The notes: generated by a model from the sequence alone, not told the origin. DNA of 64,000 nucleotides from Minisyncoccota bacterium (GCA_036400935.1 DASWWW010000005.1:21068-85067), one strand, 5' to 3'; shown: positions 44,725-54,962, numbered from the stretch's first letter. Numbers and translations: made by a program.

Positions 44725-45909
44725 ATGCCAAATATCATTCCTGAAGTAGAGACATTCGCACGCATCAAGGTCATCGGCGTGGGAGGTTCCGGAAAGAACG
44801 CCTTGAATCACATGGTCAACGCCAAAGTAAAGGGCGTCGAATTCATCGCGGTCAACACGGATGCTCAGGATCTCCACCACTCTCTCGCAAAGAAGAAGAT
44901 CCACATCGGCAAGAACCTCACCAAGGGCCTCGGCGCAGGAATGAATCCTGACCTCGGCCGACGCGCTATCGAGGAGACCAAGGAAGAGCTCCAGGAGGCA
45001 GTAAAGGGCGCGGACATGGTATTCGTCACCGGAGGAATGGGTGGCGGAACCGCATCGGGCGCGACTCCCGTCGTAGCCAAGACCGCAAAGGAGCTCGGCG
45101 CTCTCACCGTCGCCGTCGTTACAAAACCCTTCTTCTTCGAAGGAGCCCAGCGAAACAAGATCGCCGACGCGGCGCTCGAGAATCTCAGGAAGGAAGTCGA
45201 CGCTATCATCGTCATTCCTAACGACCGACTCCTCGCGAACATCGACCGAAACACTACCGCAAAGGCAGCCTTCGCTATCTGCGATGAGGTGCTCAAGCAG
45301 GCCGTAGAGGGTATCTCTGACCTCATCACCACCCCAGGTATCATCAACATCGACTTCGCCGATATCCGCGCAATCATGGAAAACGCTGGACCAGCACTCA
45401 TGGGCATCGGCATTGGATCGGGCGAGAAACGAGCCGAGGACGCCGCAAAAATGGCGATCTCATCCCCTCTCCTCGACATCTCTATCGCGGGCGCGAAGGG
45501 CGTGCTCTTCTCTATCGCCGGCGGCGACGATCTCACCATGTTCGAGATCCAGGACGCGGCAAAGATCATCACCGAATCCATCGACCCATCGGCAAAGGTC
45601 ATCTTCGGAACCGTCCGCGACGAGAAGCTCAAGAAGGGCGAGATCAAGGTCACCGTCATCGCGTCAGGCTTCGGCGATATCGCCGCGGGCGCAGCGACAA
45701 AGTCAAAGTCGCTCTTCAGCGGCCCAGACCCAAAGGAGGAGAAAGGCAAGATCCATAACTCGATCACCGCTCCTGCTCCTGTCGTAAAGGAAGACAAGCC
45801 AGAGCCAAAGACGATCATCATCGAGGACAAGAAATCGAATATCCCTACCATCGACCACGATGACGACGATTGGGGCGCAGTACCGGCTTTCCTTCGACGA
45901 AAGAAGTAG
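44725..45909 (+). CDS. ftsZ: cell division protein FtsZ
   Basis: Tubulin signature GGGTASG, N-terminal IKVIGVGGSGKNALNHM, T7 loop. 394 aa. Confidence 0.95.
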   Translation: MPNIIPEVETFARIKVIGVGGSGKNALNHMVNAKVKGVEFIAVNTDAQDLHHSLAKKKIHIGKNLTKGLGAGMNPDLGRRAIEETKEELQEAVKGADMVFVTGGMGGGTASGATPVVAKTAKELGALTVAVVTKPFFFEGAQRNKIADAALENLRKEVDAIIVIPNDRLLANIDRNTTAKAAFAICDEVLKQAVEGISDLITTPGIINIDFADIRAIMENAGPALMGIGIGSGEKRAEDAAKMAISSPLLDISIAGAKGVLFSIAGGDDLTMFEIQDAAKIITESIDPSAKVIFGTVRDEKLKKGEIKVTVIASGFGDIAAGAATKSKSLFSGPDPKEEKGKIHNSITAPAPVVKEDKPEPKTIIIEDKKSNIPTIDHDDDDWGAVPAFLRRKK

Positions 45910-45993
45910 TTTTTATACAACAAAAAGCCCGCGGCGCATCAAGCCTGCGGGTTTTTTGTTTGCTATACTTAGCCCACTAAGCACCAATTTACC

Positions 45994-46923
45994 ATGTACG
46001 ATCTAGCAATCATCGGAGGAGGCCCAGCAGGCGTCGCAGCGGGCGTATACGCCTCAAGGAAGCGCCTCAAGACCGTTTTCATTACCAAGGACTGGGAAAG
46101 CCAGTCAACCGTCTCTGAAGGCATCGAGAACTGGATCGGAACCGTAAAAATAGCCGGCTCTGACTTTGCCAAAAGCCTCGAGGGGCACCTGCGCGCGTAC
46201 GCGGCGGATATCGTCGATATAAAGACCGGCGAATACTGCAAGAAAGTTTCGAAAATCGGCGGCGCGGATGATGCCGGATTCGAGATCGCGACGGAAACAG
46301 CGACCTATCGGGCAAAGACCGTCCTCATCGCCACGGGATCGCGCCGCCGCAAACTCGACGTTCCAGGCGCCGACGTGTTCGAGCATAAGGGCATCACCTA
46401 CTGCGCGTCATGCGACGGCCCGGTATTCGCCGGACAGGATGTGGCAGTTATTGGAGGCGGAAACGCCGCTTTCGAGTCCGCAGCCCAGCTTCTCGCCTAC
46501 TGCAAGTCGGTTACCCTGCTCAACCGCAGCGAGGAATTCCGCGCCGATCCCGTTACCGTAAAGAAGGTTCTCCAGAACCCGAAGATGCGCGCCATTACCA
46601 ACGCCAAGTTGGCCAAAGTTAAAGGCGGCAAGTTCGTAAAGTCGCTCACATACACCAACGAATCGGGCGAGACTATCGAGCTCCCTGTTTCCGGTATTTT
46701 TGCTGAGATTGGCTCTATCCCCGCCACTGACTTTGCGAAGGATCTCGTCACCATCGATCCATTTGGACGAGTCGTCGTCGATGCGCGAACGCAGGCGACA
46801 TCCGTTCCCGGAGTTTGGGCTGCCGGAGACTGCACCGACGGCCTCTATCATCAGAACAATATCGCCGCCGGCGACGCGGTAAAGGCACTCGAAGACATCT
46901 ACGTTTATATCCACGCCAAATAA
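45994..46923 (+). CDS. trxB: thioredoxin-disulfide reductase
   Basis: FAD motif IIGGGPAGVAAGVYASR, redox-active CASCDG, NADPH motif GGGNAAFE. 309 aa. Confidence 0.85.
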   Translation: MYDLAIIGGGPAGVAAGVYASRKRLKTVFITKDWESQSTVSEGIENWIGTVKIAGSDFAKSLEGHLRAYAADIVDIKTGEYCKKVSKIGGADDAGFEIATETATYRAKTVLIATGSRRRKLDVPGADVFEHKGITYCASCDGPVFAGQDVAVIGGGNAAFESAAQLLAYCKSVTLLNRSEEFRADPVTVKKVLQNPKMRAITNAKLAKVKGGKFVKSLTYTNESGETIELPVSGIFAEIGSIPATDFAKDLVTIDPFGRVVVDARTQATSVPGVWAAGDCTDGLYHQNNIAAGDAVKALEDIYVYIHAK

Positions 46924-46924
46924 T

Positions 46925-47356
46925 ATGAAACGAACAGAATACAACGCATTCCTCTTTGCCCACTTCGCACTCTTCGTAGTCTTCGTATGGTTCGGAGCGC
47001 TCAAGGTATTCGGTCTCTCGCCAGCATCGGCCCTCGTAACGCAACTTTTCAACGACACGCTCGGCGTATTCGTGCCATTCAGCGCCGATACGTTCATTAT
47101 CCTTCTCGGCTGGCTCGAGGTACTCATAGGCTTCCTCTTTATTGCGCCAAAGACAGAGAAGCTCGCCATGGTGCTCCTTGTACCGCATATGGTTACGACC
47201 ATCATGCCACTCTTCCTCTTGCCAGCAGTGACATGGGCAGGCTACCTTCAGCCGACGCTCGAAGGCCAGTACATCATCAAGAATATCGTCATTATCGCCC
47301 TCGCTTTCACCGTATTCGCGGATTTGAACAAAAAAAGAAGGACGGCGAGAATATAA
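46925..47356 (+). CDS. DoxX-like small membrane protein
   Basis: Four hydrophobic helices. 143 aa. Start is 2 nt after the trxB stop. Confidence 0.45.
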   Translation: MKRTEYNAFLFAHFALFVVFVWFGALKVFGLSPASALVTQLFNDTLGVFVPFSADTFIILLGWLEVLIGFLFIAPKTEKLAMVLLVPHMVTTIMPLFLLPAVTWAGYLQPTLEGQYIIKNIVIIALAFTVFADLNKKRRTARI

Positions 47357-47449
47357 TTTATATTGACCATATCAGAAGCATCTGTTAACCTGCAGTTACA
47401 AATGCCTTCGGGCTCCCACCCTCGCAAGAGGGAGAACAATCGAAAGCCG

Positions 47450-47896
47450 TCAGATAAGATCTCTGACGGCTTTTCGTATAGTTTCGAACTTTCCTTTTTC
47501 CAAATAGCCAATTCTCTCAACCAAACGCCTTGTATCAACAAGCCTAAGTTGAGATATTATCGCGAAAGCCAACCTTCCGTTCACTATTCCGACATCCACG
47601 TGATACGGATTTTTCTTAGCAGAGGTCGTCAACGGAATTATTAGGCAGACAAGGGCACTAAAGCCTCGAATAATCAGAACAGGCCTTTCATGACCTGTTC
47701 CGGTGCCATCCTGCTCAAATCCGATATTTACCCCAAGCGAACACCACCAAATTTCCCTCTTATGGTAAAAGACTTTGGCTGCCCTATCGTTTATATCTTT
47801 CTTACGCTCGCACCAATCATCAAAATCCTTTTGCATGCCAAGAGCATACAAAAATCCCGATAAAGAAATACTAAAACTAATCCCTAATGTCCCCAA
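47450..47896 (-). CDS. MazF/PemK-family endoribonuclease toxin (no adjacent antitoxin recognised)
   Basis: REIWWCSLGVNIGFEQDG...RPVLIIR...CLIIPLTTS...PYHVDV...AIISQLRLVDTRRL aligns with the MazF/EndoA core. N-terminal extension of about 45 aa. Last gene of the efflux operon, AT-rich. Confidence 0.6.
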   Translation of the reverse strand: MGTLGISFSISLSGFLYALGMQKDFDDWCERKKDINDRAAKVFYHKREIWWCSLGVNIGFEQDGTGTGHERPVLIIRGFSALVCLIIPLTTSAKKNPYHVDVGIVNGRLAFAIISQLRLVDTRRLVERIGYLEKGKFETIRKAVRDLI

Positions 47897-48557
47897 TTAT
47901 CTTTCCGTCATCCAATCGCACGATTCGCTTTGCCATCTTTGCATATTCCTCCTCGTGAGTAACCATGATAATGGTCTGGCCCTGCCTGTAGATCTCCTCG
48001 AAGAGCTTCATGACGGTGCGGGACGACTCGTTGTCGAGGTTCGCGGTAGGCTCGTCGGCAAACAGGATGCGAGGCTTGTGAGCCAGCGCGCGGGCGACCG
48101 AGACGCGCTGCTGCTCTCCTCCGGACATCTGGCTCGGCAGGTTGGTCAGGCGGTGCGACAATCCCACGCGCTCGAGCGAGAATTTGGCCTGCGTGTACGC
48201 GTCGGCTTTCGACTTGCCCTGCATCATCAGAGGAATAGCCACGTTCTCGATAGCCGTGAGGTCAGGAAGCAATGCGTAGTCCTGAAATACATAGCCCAGC
48301 TCGTTGAGGCGGAAGGCCGTCTTCTCCTCGGCCGACATGTTGTGAGTATCCTTTCCGAAAATGACGATCTCGCCGCCCGTAGGCTCGTCGAGAAGGCTGA
48401 GCTGATAGAGAAAGGTCGACTTTCCCGCTCCCGATCGCCCCATGATGGCGATGAACTCGCCCTCTTCTGCGGTGAAGTTGACGCCCTTCAGCACCTGCGT
48501 CTCCTTGTCCCCGTTCTTGAAGCTCTTTACCAGATTTTTTACGTTGATGAGTGGCAT
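47877..48557 (-). CDS. ABC transporter ATP-binding protein (MacB/LolD-like)
   Basis: Walker A GRSGAGKST, signature MSGGEQQRVSVARA, Walker B ILFADEPT. Confidence 0.85.
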   Translation of the reverse strand: MPLINVKNLVKSFKNGDKETQVLKGVNFTAEEGEFIAIMGRSGAGKSTFLYQLSLLDEPTGGEIVIFGKDTHNMSAEEKTAFRLNELGYVFQDYALLPDLTAIENVAIPLMMQGKSKADAYTQAKFSLERVGLSHRLTNLPSQMSGGEQQRVSVARALAHKPRILFADEPTANLDNESSRTVMKLFEEIYRQGQTIIMVTHEEEYAKMAKRIVRLDDGKIIGDIRD

Positions 48558-48569
48558 ATGTTTCGGAAA

Positions 48570-49817
48570 TTAGTTTCGTCCAAGGATAGAGTCGAGCGTG
48601 TTCTTGCGCACGATCATACGCGCAGGAATATATCCGGCGATGATGGTAGTTATGATAAGAAGCGCCACGCGGAACAGGGTCGAGCCCAGAGGAGCGACCA
48701 GGATGCCGTCAGAGAATGGAAAGTCGATCGGATGGGCGGCAATGAACGGCTGCAGTACCAGATAGAGCGCCACGAGGCCGATAGCCGACCCGGAGATCGC
48801 GTAGAAGAATGACTGAAAGATGTACGACACCTCAATGGCAACGCCGCTGATACCGATTCCCTTCAGGATTCCTATAAATTTCCTGCGGGTGATGGCATTG
48901 ATGAAGATCACGATGAAGATGGTGATCGAAGCCACGGTAAGGCCGATCGACGAGAGCATGTTTCCGAGGAGCGCGAACGTCGCCTTGATATCCTTGAGGA
49001 ATTTAGGCTGGGCATCCTCGAACGTCTGGACCTTTGCGTAGTCGCCCAGTCCCGATCGCAGCAAGGCGTCGCGCACGACGGTGGCATCGGCGCCCGGCTT
49101 GAGCTTGATAGAGATCTCGTCGACGTTATAGTCGTCGCGACCAATGAGCCCGCGCAGCTGCGAATCGACAAAGAAGATGCGGAATGAGAGCTCGTCCACT
49201 TTTGACTTAACGATTCCCTTTACCGTTACCTCGCGCGTTATGCCGTTAACCTTTACGCGGATCTTGTCGCCGATGTTAACGTTCGAAAGCGTGGTGAATC
49301 CAGGCGACTCGATCGGCAGGTACTTCTTGAGGAAGTTCGCTCCCACGAGCACCTGATCGTAATCAGTCGGGGTAAGGAAAGAGCCCTCTACGACGAAGCG
49401 CTCCATGCCGGTCGTCTCCCTCTCCATGACCGGATTGATGCCGACGAACGAGCCGCCCGCCGATTCGATGTCCTCGGCCTTCGACGCGGTCTTGTAGTTC
49501 GCCTCGATGGTTCCGCCCTGAATGTAGCGCGCGGAATACGCTTCGATTTCAGGCAATGCCGAGATGATCGAGATCACTTTCGGGCTCTGCTCGATATAGT
49601 CCTTCTTTGGCAGGACCGAGATGATGACGTCAGACGTGTAGTAGGTCTTGTTAGCCTCTACCGATCCCTCGATCAGACCGACGAGGATACCGGACACCAC
49701 GGTCAGGTTCAAGAACGTGAGCGTCATCACGAAAATGATGAGGCCCGTAGTCCATTTGCTCGCGCGCAACACCTGGCGCAGCGCGAGAAAGAATCCTATG
49801 CGAATAAATTGCGGCAT
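48570..49817 (-). CDS. ABC transporter permease, FtsX/MacB family
   Basis: N-terminal TM, large periplasmic domain, C-terminal FtsX 3-TM bundle. 415 aa. Confidence 0.8.
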   Translation of the reverse strand: MPQFIRIGFFLALRQVLRASKWTTGLIIFVMTLTFLNLTVVSGILVGLIEGSVEANKTYYTSDVIISVLPKKDYIEQSPKVISIISALPEIEAYSARYIQGGTIEANYKTASKAEDIESAGGSFVGINPVMERETTGMERFVVEGSFLTPTDYDQVLVGANFLKKYLPIESPGFTTLSNVNIGDKIRVKVNGITREVTVKGIVKSKVDELSFRIFFVDSQLRGLIGRDDYNVDEISIKLKPGADATVVRDALLRSGLGDYAKVQTFEDAQPKFLKDIKATFALLGNMLSSIGLTVASITIFIVIFINAITRRKFIGILKGIGISGVAIEVSYIFQSFFYAISGSAIGLVALYLVLQPFIAAHPIDFPFSDGILVAPLGSTLFRVALLIITTIIAGYIPARMIVRKNTLDSILGRN

Positions 49818-49825
49818 TATGGTGT

Positions 49826-51277
49826 TTATATAGCCGGATTAAGCAGGATCACGTCCGTCGAATCGACGCCTGAGATGATCTCAATATTCCCTTGGGTATC
49901 GAGCTCGCCCACCTCAACTGTCCGTGTGACGATATCGCCGTTAGCGTCGCGGACCGACACGGTCTTTGCGCCCTTTGCGGTATTCAGTGCCCGCGCAGGC
50001 AAGAGCGTTACATCAGGCTTGCGCAATGTCTCGATAGAGATATTCGAGGTCATACCGGATCGGATGCGCTCGTCGGCTGTATTGAAGGCAAGCTCGATCT
50101 TGTAGGTCGAGACGCCGTCGCGGATGGTCTCTCGAGGCTCGATGCTGCTGATCACGGCGTCAAAGACGGTATCCTTGCCGTAGGCGTCGAGGCTTACCTT
50201 GGCCTTTGCGCCAACGGTGACGCCCGCGACGGAAACCTCGGGCACGAATGCCTCGATCTTGTAATCCTGGCTGATGACGGCGGAGACAATGACGTTAGGG
50301 GCAATAGACTCGCCCGCCTTGGCATCCTGTTTCGAGATGACGCCCGCTATCGGGGATCGCAATGTCATCTTTGAAAGCTTTGCCTGATAGTTTGCTACGG
50401 TCGCTTCGGCTCCGGAAACGCGAGCGGCCTGGACAGGAACGTCAGAGACGTCCGATGTGAGGGTCTTCTCGCCCGTAATCAGGGCCGATGCGGCAGAGTT
50501 TACGTTCTGTCGAGCGGCAGAGACGTCCGATCGGTACTTGTCGATAGAAGCCTGAGTGAGTGATGAATTAGTCTCGAAGCTGTTTACGGCGAGAGATACG
50601 GTATCGAGGAATGATCCGATAGTGCGCAAGTACGATTGGGACGATGTCAGGTCGTTCGGGGTATATGTCGAGGCGCTGAGCTTGTCGATCATGAGCTTCC
50701 ACTTGGCAAGAACTTCGCCGGCGACGATACGCTCGGCATTTACCTTGTCGCGGAGGGTAAGGCTCTTGAAGGCGTAAGTGATGCGAGGGTTCTGAGTGCG
50801 AGGGTCCTCAAAGAACTGGTCCACCTTGTTGAGGACGGCATCGTTCGCGTTCGTGTACGCGTCAAGAATGTCCTGGACCACGCGAGTCTTCGAGTTGGTG
50901 ATCTGGGCCTGAAGCTCGGCGCCGCCAGAGAGCTTTGCCAGTTCGGCTCGGGCAACGTCGAGGTCGGCCTGCGCCTTGAGGAGATCAGCGCGAGTCCCCG
51001 ATCGGTCGAGCTCGACGAGAATCTCGCCTGCCGCGACCTTGTCACCCACCTTCTTATACACGGCCGATACTGTACCGCCCACCTCAAATGCGAGGTCGGC
51101 ATCGTCGCTCGGAACGACCTTGCCCGACAGCTCGACTGTTCGGACGAGATCGCCCTTTACAGGCTGAACCGTCTCTACGGTCGAAGAGCCGCCTGCGGTG
51201 AGGGCGATAATTGCGATAATGATGACCGCCGCCGTCACGATAAGGGCTACCTTCCTGCGTTTAATAAAGGATTTCAT
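49826..51277 (-). CDS. efflux transporter periplasmic adaptor (HlyD/MacA family)
   Basis: N-terminal anchor, biotinyl/lipoyl-like hairpin, long coiled-coil, beta-barrel C-terminal domain. First gene of a three-gene efflux operon. Confidence 0.7.
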   Translation of the reverse strand: MKSFIKRRKVALIVTAAVIIIAIIALTAGGSSTVETVQPVKGDLVRTVELSGKVVPSDDADLAFEVGGTVSAVYKKVGDKVAAGEILVELDRSGTRADLLKAQADLDVARAELAKLSGGAELQAQITNSKTRVVQDILDAYTNANDAVLNKVDQFFEDPRTQNPRITYAFKSLTLRDKVNAERIVAGEVLAKWKLMIDKLSASTYTPNDLTSSQSYLRTIGSFLDTVSLAVNSFETNSSLTQASIDKYRSDVSAARQNVNSAASALITGEKTLTSDVSDVPVQAARVSGAEATVANYQAKLSKMTLRSPIAGVISKQDAKAGESIAPNVIVSAVISQDYKIEAFVPEVSVAGVTVGAKAKVSLDAYGKDTVFDAVISSIEPRETIRDGVSTYKIELAFNTADERIRSGMTSNISIETLRKPDVTLLPARALNTAKGAKTVSVRDANGDIVTRTVEVGELDTQGNIEIISGVDSTDVILLNPAI

Positions 51278-51372
51278 GGGTATTTCGTATAAAAGTTATG
51301 TAAAGCCTATTCTAGCACTTTCGACTTGCCCGGCATAGCAAAAGCGCCCCTTACGGGGCGCTTTTGAGGCTG

Positions 51373-51570
51373 CTACGCCTTTGCGACGTTCGCTGCTGCA
51401 GGACCCTTTGGGCCGTCTACAACTTCGAATGTAACAACGTCTCCGACCTTGAGAGTGTCGAACATGACGCCCCTGAGGTCCTTTGAGTGGAAGAAGAGGT
51501 CCTTCGCTACGCCCTCCTGAGCGATGAAGCCGAATCCTCGGTCCGTAAGAGTCTTGATTGTTCCTTTCAT
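51373..51570 (-). CDS. cspA: cold-shock protein (CspA family)
   Basis: MKGTIKTLTDRGFGFIAQEG...DLFFHSKDL: RNP1/RNP2 motifs. Start at the internal Met. Confidence 0.8.
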   Translation of the reverse strand: MKGTIKTLTDRGFGFIAQEGVAKDLFFHSKDLRGVMFDTLKVGDVVTFEVVDGPKGPAAANVAKA

Positions 51571-51634
51571 GATATTTTCTTTTTTGCTATTTGCGAGAAA
51601 CTCGACTATTTCTATACATTTCACACTATCACAC

Positions 51635-52489
51635 CTACTTCAATATAGCCATGAATTTCATGGGGTCTATCGATACGTCGTACAGCCTGACCGTAGTGTG
51701 CAAGTGCGGGCTTTCGGCGTACCCCGTCATGCCCGAAAGCCCGATAGTCTGTCCGGGCAAGACGAGCTCGCCCTCGTTAACGTAAATTTTAGAGAGATGC
51801 ATATAGAAGGTCTGCAGGCCGAGGCCGTGGTCGACGACGATTGTCTTGCCGTAGTTCCTGCCCTCCTGGACAAGGCGCACGACGCCGCGATTCATGGCGA
51901 GTACCTTGGTTCCGGTCGGGGCGCGGAAGTCTGTTCCCTTGTGCGCGATTGCCCGCCCTACTGTCTGGCGCGAATATCCGTACTCGTCCGTGACGACTGG
52001 ATTGGCGACCGGATAGACGAACGGCTTGGTCCAGAATGCATGCGTGCCGGTGCGCAGGTTGAGGAGCGAAGCGTTCTCCTGAGCGAGCGTGCTGACGAGA
52101 GTCGTAGCAGCGGCTGGAGTATTGCCTCCTAATTTCTCGGGAATGCCGAGTGGCGCCTCGATTTTTTTGCGGGCGGCGACGGTTACTGCCCTTGAAATGG
52201 ATGAGCCGTCAGAGAGCTTGGTGGTCACGGTGTAGTCGGCCGGCTTCTTGTTGAGGTCGATTCCGTAGAGGGCGGATGGCTTTCCAGCGCGCGTGAAAAC
52301 GCCGAGCTTCTTAGACTCGAAAGAGATGCCGGAGACGGTCGTAGACGCGGAAAGGCCCTCGATCGTTATGAGGATCGGCTCGCCCTGGATGGGATTTTCA
52401 GGAGTAACGGAGATAGTTGCGGCGGATGCGAGTGCGGGAAGAAAGAATGCTCCCGCGATCAATGTGAATAAGAAACGCTTCATATGCAT
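51635..52489 (-). CDS. M23 family metallopeptidase (LytM-like), secreted
   Basis: Signal peptide. HKGTDFRAP...DHG...HLH (HxxxD and HxH motifs). Confidence 0.75.
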   Translation of the reverse strand: MHMKRFLFTLIAGAFFLPALASAATISVTPENPIQGEPILITIEGLSASTTVSGISFESKKLGVFTRAGKPSALYGIDLNKKPADYTVTTKLSDGSSISRAVTVAARKKIEAPLGIPEKLGGNTPAAATTLVSTLAQENASLLNLRTGTHAFWTKPFVYPVANPVVTDEYGYSRQTVGRAIAHKGTDFRAPTGTKVLAMNRGVVRLVQEGRNYGKTIVVDHGLGLQTFYMHLSKIYVNEGELVLPGQTIGLSGMTGYAESPHLHTTVRLYDVSIDPMKFMAILK

Positions 52490-52538
52490 ACAGTATACTC
52501 CTATGCCGTATGAGGGGCGGGTTTGCTACAAACAGAAC

Positions 52539-52997
52539 TTATTTACCCAACTCCTCAGCCAATCCAATAAGGAGGCCTTCTGGGCCGCGAACGTAGCAGA
52601 GTCTATACATACTTTCATACTGAACTACTTCGCCCACCGGCTTCGTATCATGCTTCTTGAGCCGTTCGAGTGTCTCGTCAATATCGCTCACGGTAAACAT
52701 GGCACGCAAGTATCCCAAAGAATTCACGGGAGCATTGCGGTGATCGGCGGTTATTGCTGGAGCGATAAATCGTGAAAGCTCCAATCGGCTATGCCCGTCA
52801 GGCGTAACCATCATCGCGATTTCGACCTGCTGATCGCCCAATCCCGTAACGCGTCCGGCCCACTCTCCCTCAATCATTGCGCGCCCCTCCAACCTGAGGC
52901 CGAGCTCAGAGAAAAAAGAAATCGCTTTGTCGAGAGAATCGACTACGATACCGACATTGTCCATTCTGAGTAATTTTGATTTCATATTCTGTATCAT
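52539..52997 (-). CDS. VOC-family (glyoxalase/bleomycin-resistance fold) protein
   Basis: Paired beta-alpha-beta-beta-beta modules (VGIVVDSLDKAISFFSELGLRLEGR...). 152 aa. Confidence 0.6.
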   Translation of the reverse strand: MIQNMKSKLLRMDNVGIVVDSLDKAISFFSELGLRLEGRAMIEGEWAGRVTGLGDQQVEIAMMVTPDGHSRLELSRFIAPAITADHRNAPVNSLGYLRAMFTVSDIDETLERLKKHDTKPVGEVVQYESMYRLCYVRGPEGLLIGLAEELGK

Positions 52998-53098
52998 ATC
53001 AGGAATCGGCTATCCGTACTTTTCTGCTGAAAAGTCGGACAGCCCGCCCTCGGCCCGTCGGCCTTCGGGCTTCGATTCTGCCCACCGGGCATCACCCA

Positions 53099-53144
53099 TC
53101 GGACAGAAAAAGACACCCAGAATTGGGTGTCTTTTTCTGTCCGA
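53099..53144. terminator. perfect 20-bp-arm palindrome (tcggacagaaaaagacaccc-agaatt-gggtgtctttttctgtccga), likely terminator of the OLD-family gene or an islet boundary
   Basis: Exact inverted repeat, 105 nt downstream of the OLD-family gene stop. Confidence 0.5.
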
Positions 53145-53250
53145 TGTGAGCCTTCTCGTGATAGAACCAATATGATTTGTTGCACTGTAAGGATATTCCT
53201 GGTATTAGAAATAGATTTCAAACGACCCTTCTCGAGCACCTAAAATGAGC

Positions 53251-54885
53251 CTAATACGCATTGTCCCAACAAGTTGTTAGCGCCTTATGTACCAGTGGCA
53301 TATCCTCTTCAAATTGTTCTTTTTCAATTCCTTTTCCGACGTTTTTTGCCCTGGTTTGTTTTTGTCTTGATGTTAGATTATGACCGACAGATTCTTGCCA
53401 TCGATGATTATGTCCGTTCACTTGTTCAGGTCTTGCAATTGGATAATATTCTTCGAGGCTAGCCACGGATAGCTCAATGACTTGTTCATCTTTTATACCC
53501 GGATACTTTCTTCTGAATTCTTGATACTTACTTAATTTCTCCTCAGAAATTTTATCAACCAAAATTACAACTCTGTCGGCGTAAAGGGTCGCATTCAATG
53601 GAGCAAAAGTTTCGGCAAGTTTCTCAAAAACCCTATCTACTTTTTCAATATCACCCCAGACAGGTATAACCTGTATATTTTTCTTGTCGGGATAATGTCT
53701 ATCAATCACTAATGACAAGAAATCTCTATCACTCGTGCCTTCTACCAAAATAAAATTCGCTGGTAACAACAAGTCCGCAGGACTTCCACCAAGGAGGTCA
53801 TACACAACATCTTTCTTGAGTCCTTCTACAACAGGCTCAACGTCAGTTTTCTTTTCTGTTTTTTGAACTCGCAATACAGTTTGCTTTTTACATTCATCAG
53901 CAATAAGAACAGACGAGTGTGTTGATATAAAAACCTGATCACCTCCAGTCGCTAGTTCCAACAGAGCTTTTTTAAGATTTCTTTGAGCTGTAGGATGTAA
54001 ATGTAGCTCCGCCTCGTCGATTATGAAGAGGAAATTTTTGATACCTTCACTTTCTCTACGATGCTCTGCGTAAGTTTGAAAAATAGCAAGCATTAAAGCA
54101 CGTTGCATACCGTCTCCTTTATCAGAAGCAGGAGTATTATGGCCGTCATCAACGTCTACTTCAAAGTTTTTAAGTAGTTCATCCAGCTTTGGATTACTAA
54201 CACTAAATTCAACTTTGTCACATTCTGGAAACTGAACTTTAAGATAAGACTCCACCGTGCCAGCCATTGTCTTAAGCTTCTTGCCTACGAGCGAACCAGA
54301 GTCACCGAAAAGACGATTAAAGAGTCTTACGAACTCTTTATATTCCTCATCTTCGGAATACAGAATTTCGTTCACCACGCTTCCCAGCATGAGTCCAATT
54401 TCAGTTTTGGGCCCATACTTCGCTACATCTTTTAGATGATTACTTGTTTTTACAAACTGCAGTGTTGGAAGAAAATCATTTAGAAAGTTGTTTGCACCAG
54501 TACCGGTAGTTATGTACTCTTCCGTACTTGGATCCCACAAAAGTCGCTCCTGCTTATCCTTATCTGAAACTCTAGCGATTATTCTTGCAGTATTAGCGCC
54601 GTTAAGCTTTGACGTGAGTGTGGTTTTGTTTTTCTCATTCTTCATGTGTTCAAGCCCAGACTCAATATCAGTAAATTCGATCACGACACTAATGTCTTTC
54701 TTGTCTTTACTTCTATGAACTATCTCCTCTAACTTACCAGCGCCGTTATAAAACCACTCGATTGCTGACAAAACATTAGTTTTTCCATGATTATTTTGCC
54801 CAATCAAAACAGTAAAATCAGAGGCAGAAAAAGAGGCCTTCTCTATAGATTTAAAGTTGTTTATCTCTACTTTAGATATTTTCAT
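53251..54885 (-). CDS. OLD-family nuclease: N-terminal ABC-type ATPase (AAA_15/21-like) fused to a C-terminal TOPRIM domain (class 1 OLD / GajA-like, solo)
   Basis: MKISKVEINNFKSIEKASF...FTVLIGQNNHGKTNVLSAIEWF (Walker A), FIIDEAELHLHP (Walker B), ILVEGTSDRDFL (TOPRIM). 544 aa, AT-rich. Confidence 0.75.
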   Translation of the reverse strand: MKISKVEINNFKSIEKASFSASDFTVLIGQNNHGKTNVLSAIEWFYNGAGKLEEIVHRSKDKKDISVVIEFTDIESGLEHMKNEKNKTTLTSKLNGANTARIIARVSDKDKQERLLWDPSTEEYITTGTGANNFLNDFLPTLQFVKTSNHLKDVAKYGPKTEIGLMLGSVVNEILYSEDEEYKEFVRLFNRLFGDSGSLVGKKLKTMAGTVESYLKVQFPECDKVEFSVSNPKLDELLKNFEVDVDDGHNTPASDKGDGMQRALMLAIFQTYAEHRRESEGIKNFLFIIDEAELHLHPTAQRNLKKALLELATGGDQVFISTHSSVLIADECKKQTVLRVQKTEKKTDVEPVVEGLKKDVVYDLLGGSPADLLLPANFILVEGTSDRDFLSLVIDRHYPDKKNIQVIPVWGDIEKVDRVFEKLAETFAPLNATLYADRVVILVDKISEEKLSKYQEFRRKYPGIKDEQVIELSVASLEEYYPIARPEQVNGHNHRWQESVGHNLTSRQKQTRAKNVGKGIEKEQFEEDMPLVHKALTTCWDNAY

Positions 54886-54962
54886 GTAATCAAGTATACC
54901 TAAAAAACTCTCATAATGAGATTTTTTAATCCTTCTCGAGTACTCGAACTAGCTCTCTAATT

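Noticed and set aside
47363-47644. Plus-strand 93-aa ORF downstream of or overlapping MazF, as a candidate antitoxin.
   Set aside because: It is antisense to the MazF C-terminus and has no antitoxin-like fold motifs or start context.
53040-53095. tRNA-like T-arm motif GGGCTTCGATTCTGCCC near the OLD-gene palindrome, as a possible att duplicate of a tRNA 3' end.
   Set aside because: I could not assemble a plausible acceptor or T-stem. The orientation is opposite to what a tRNA-Glu direct repeat would require.
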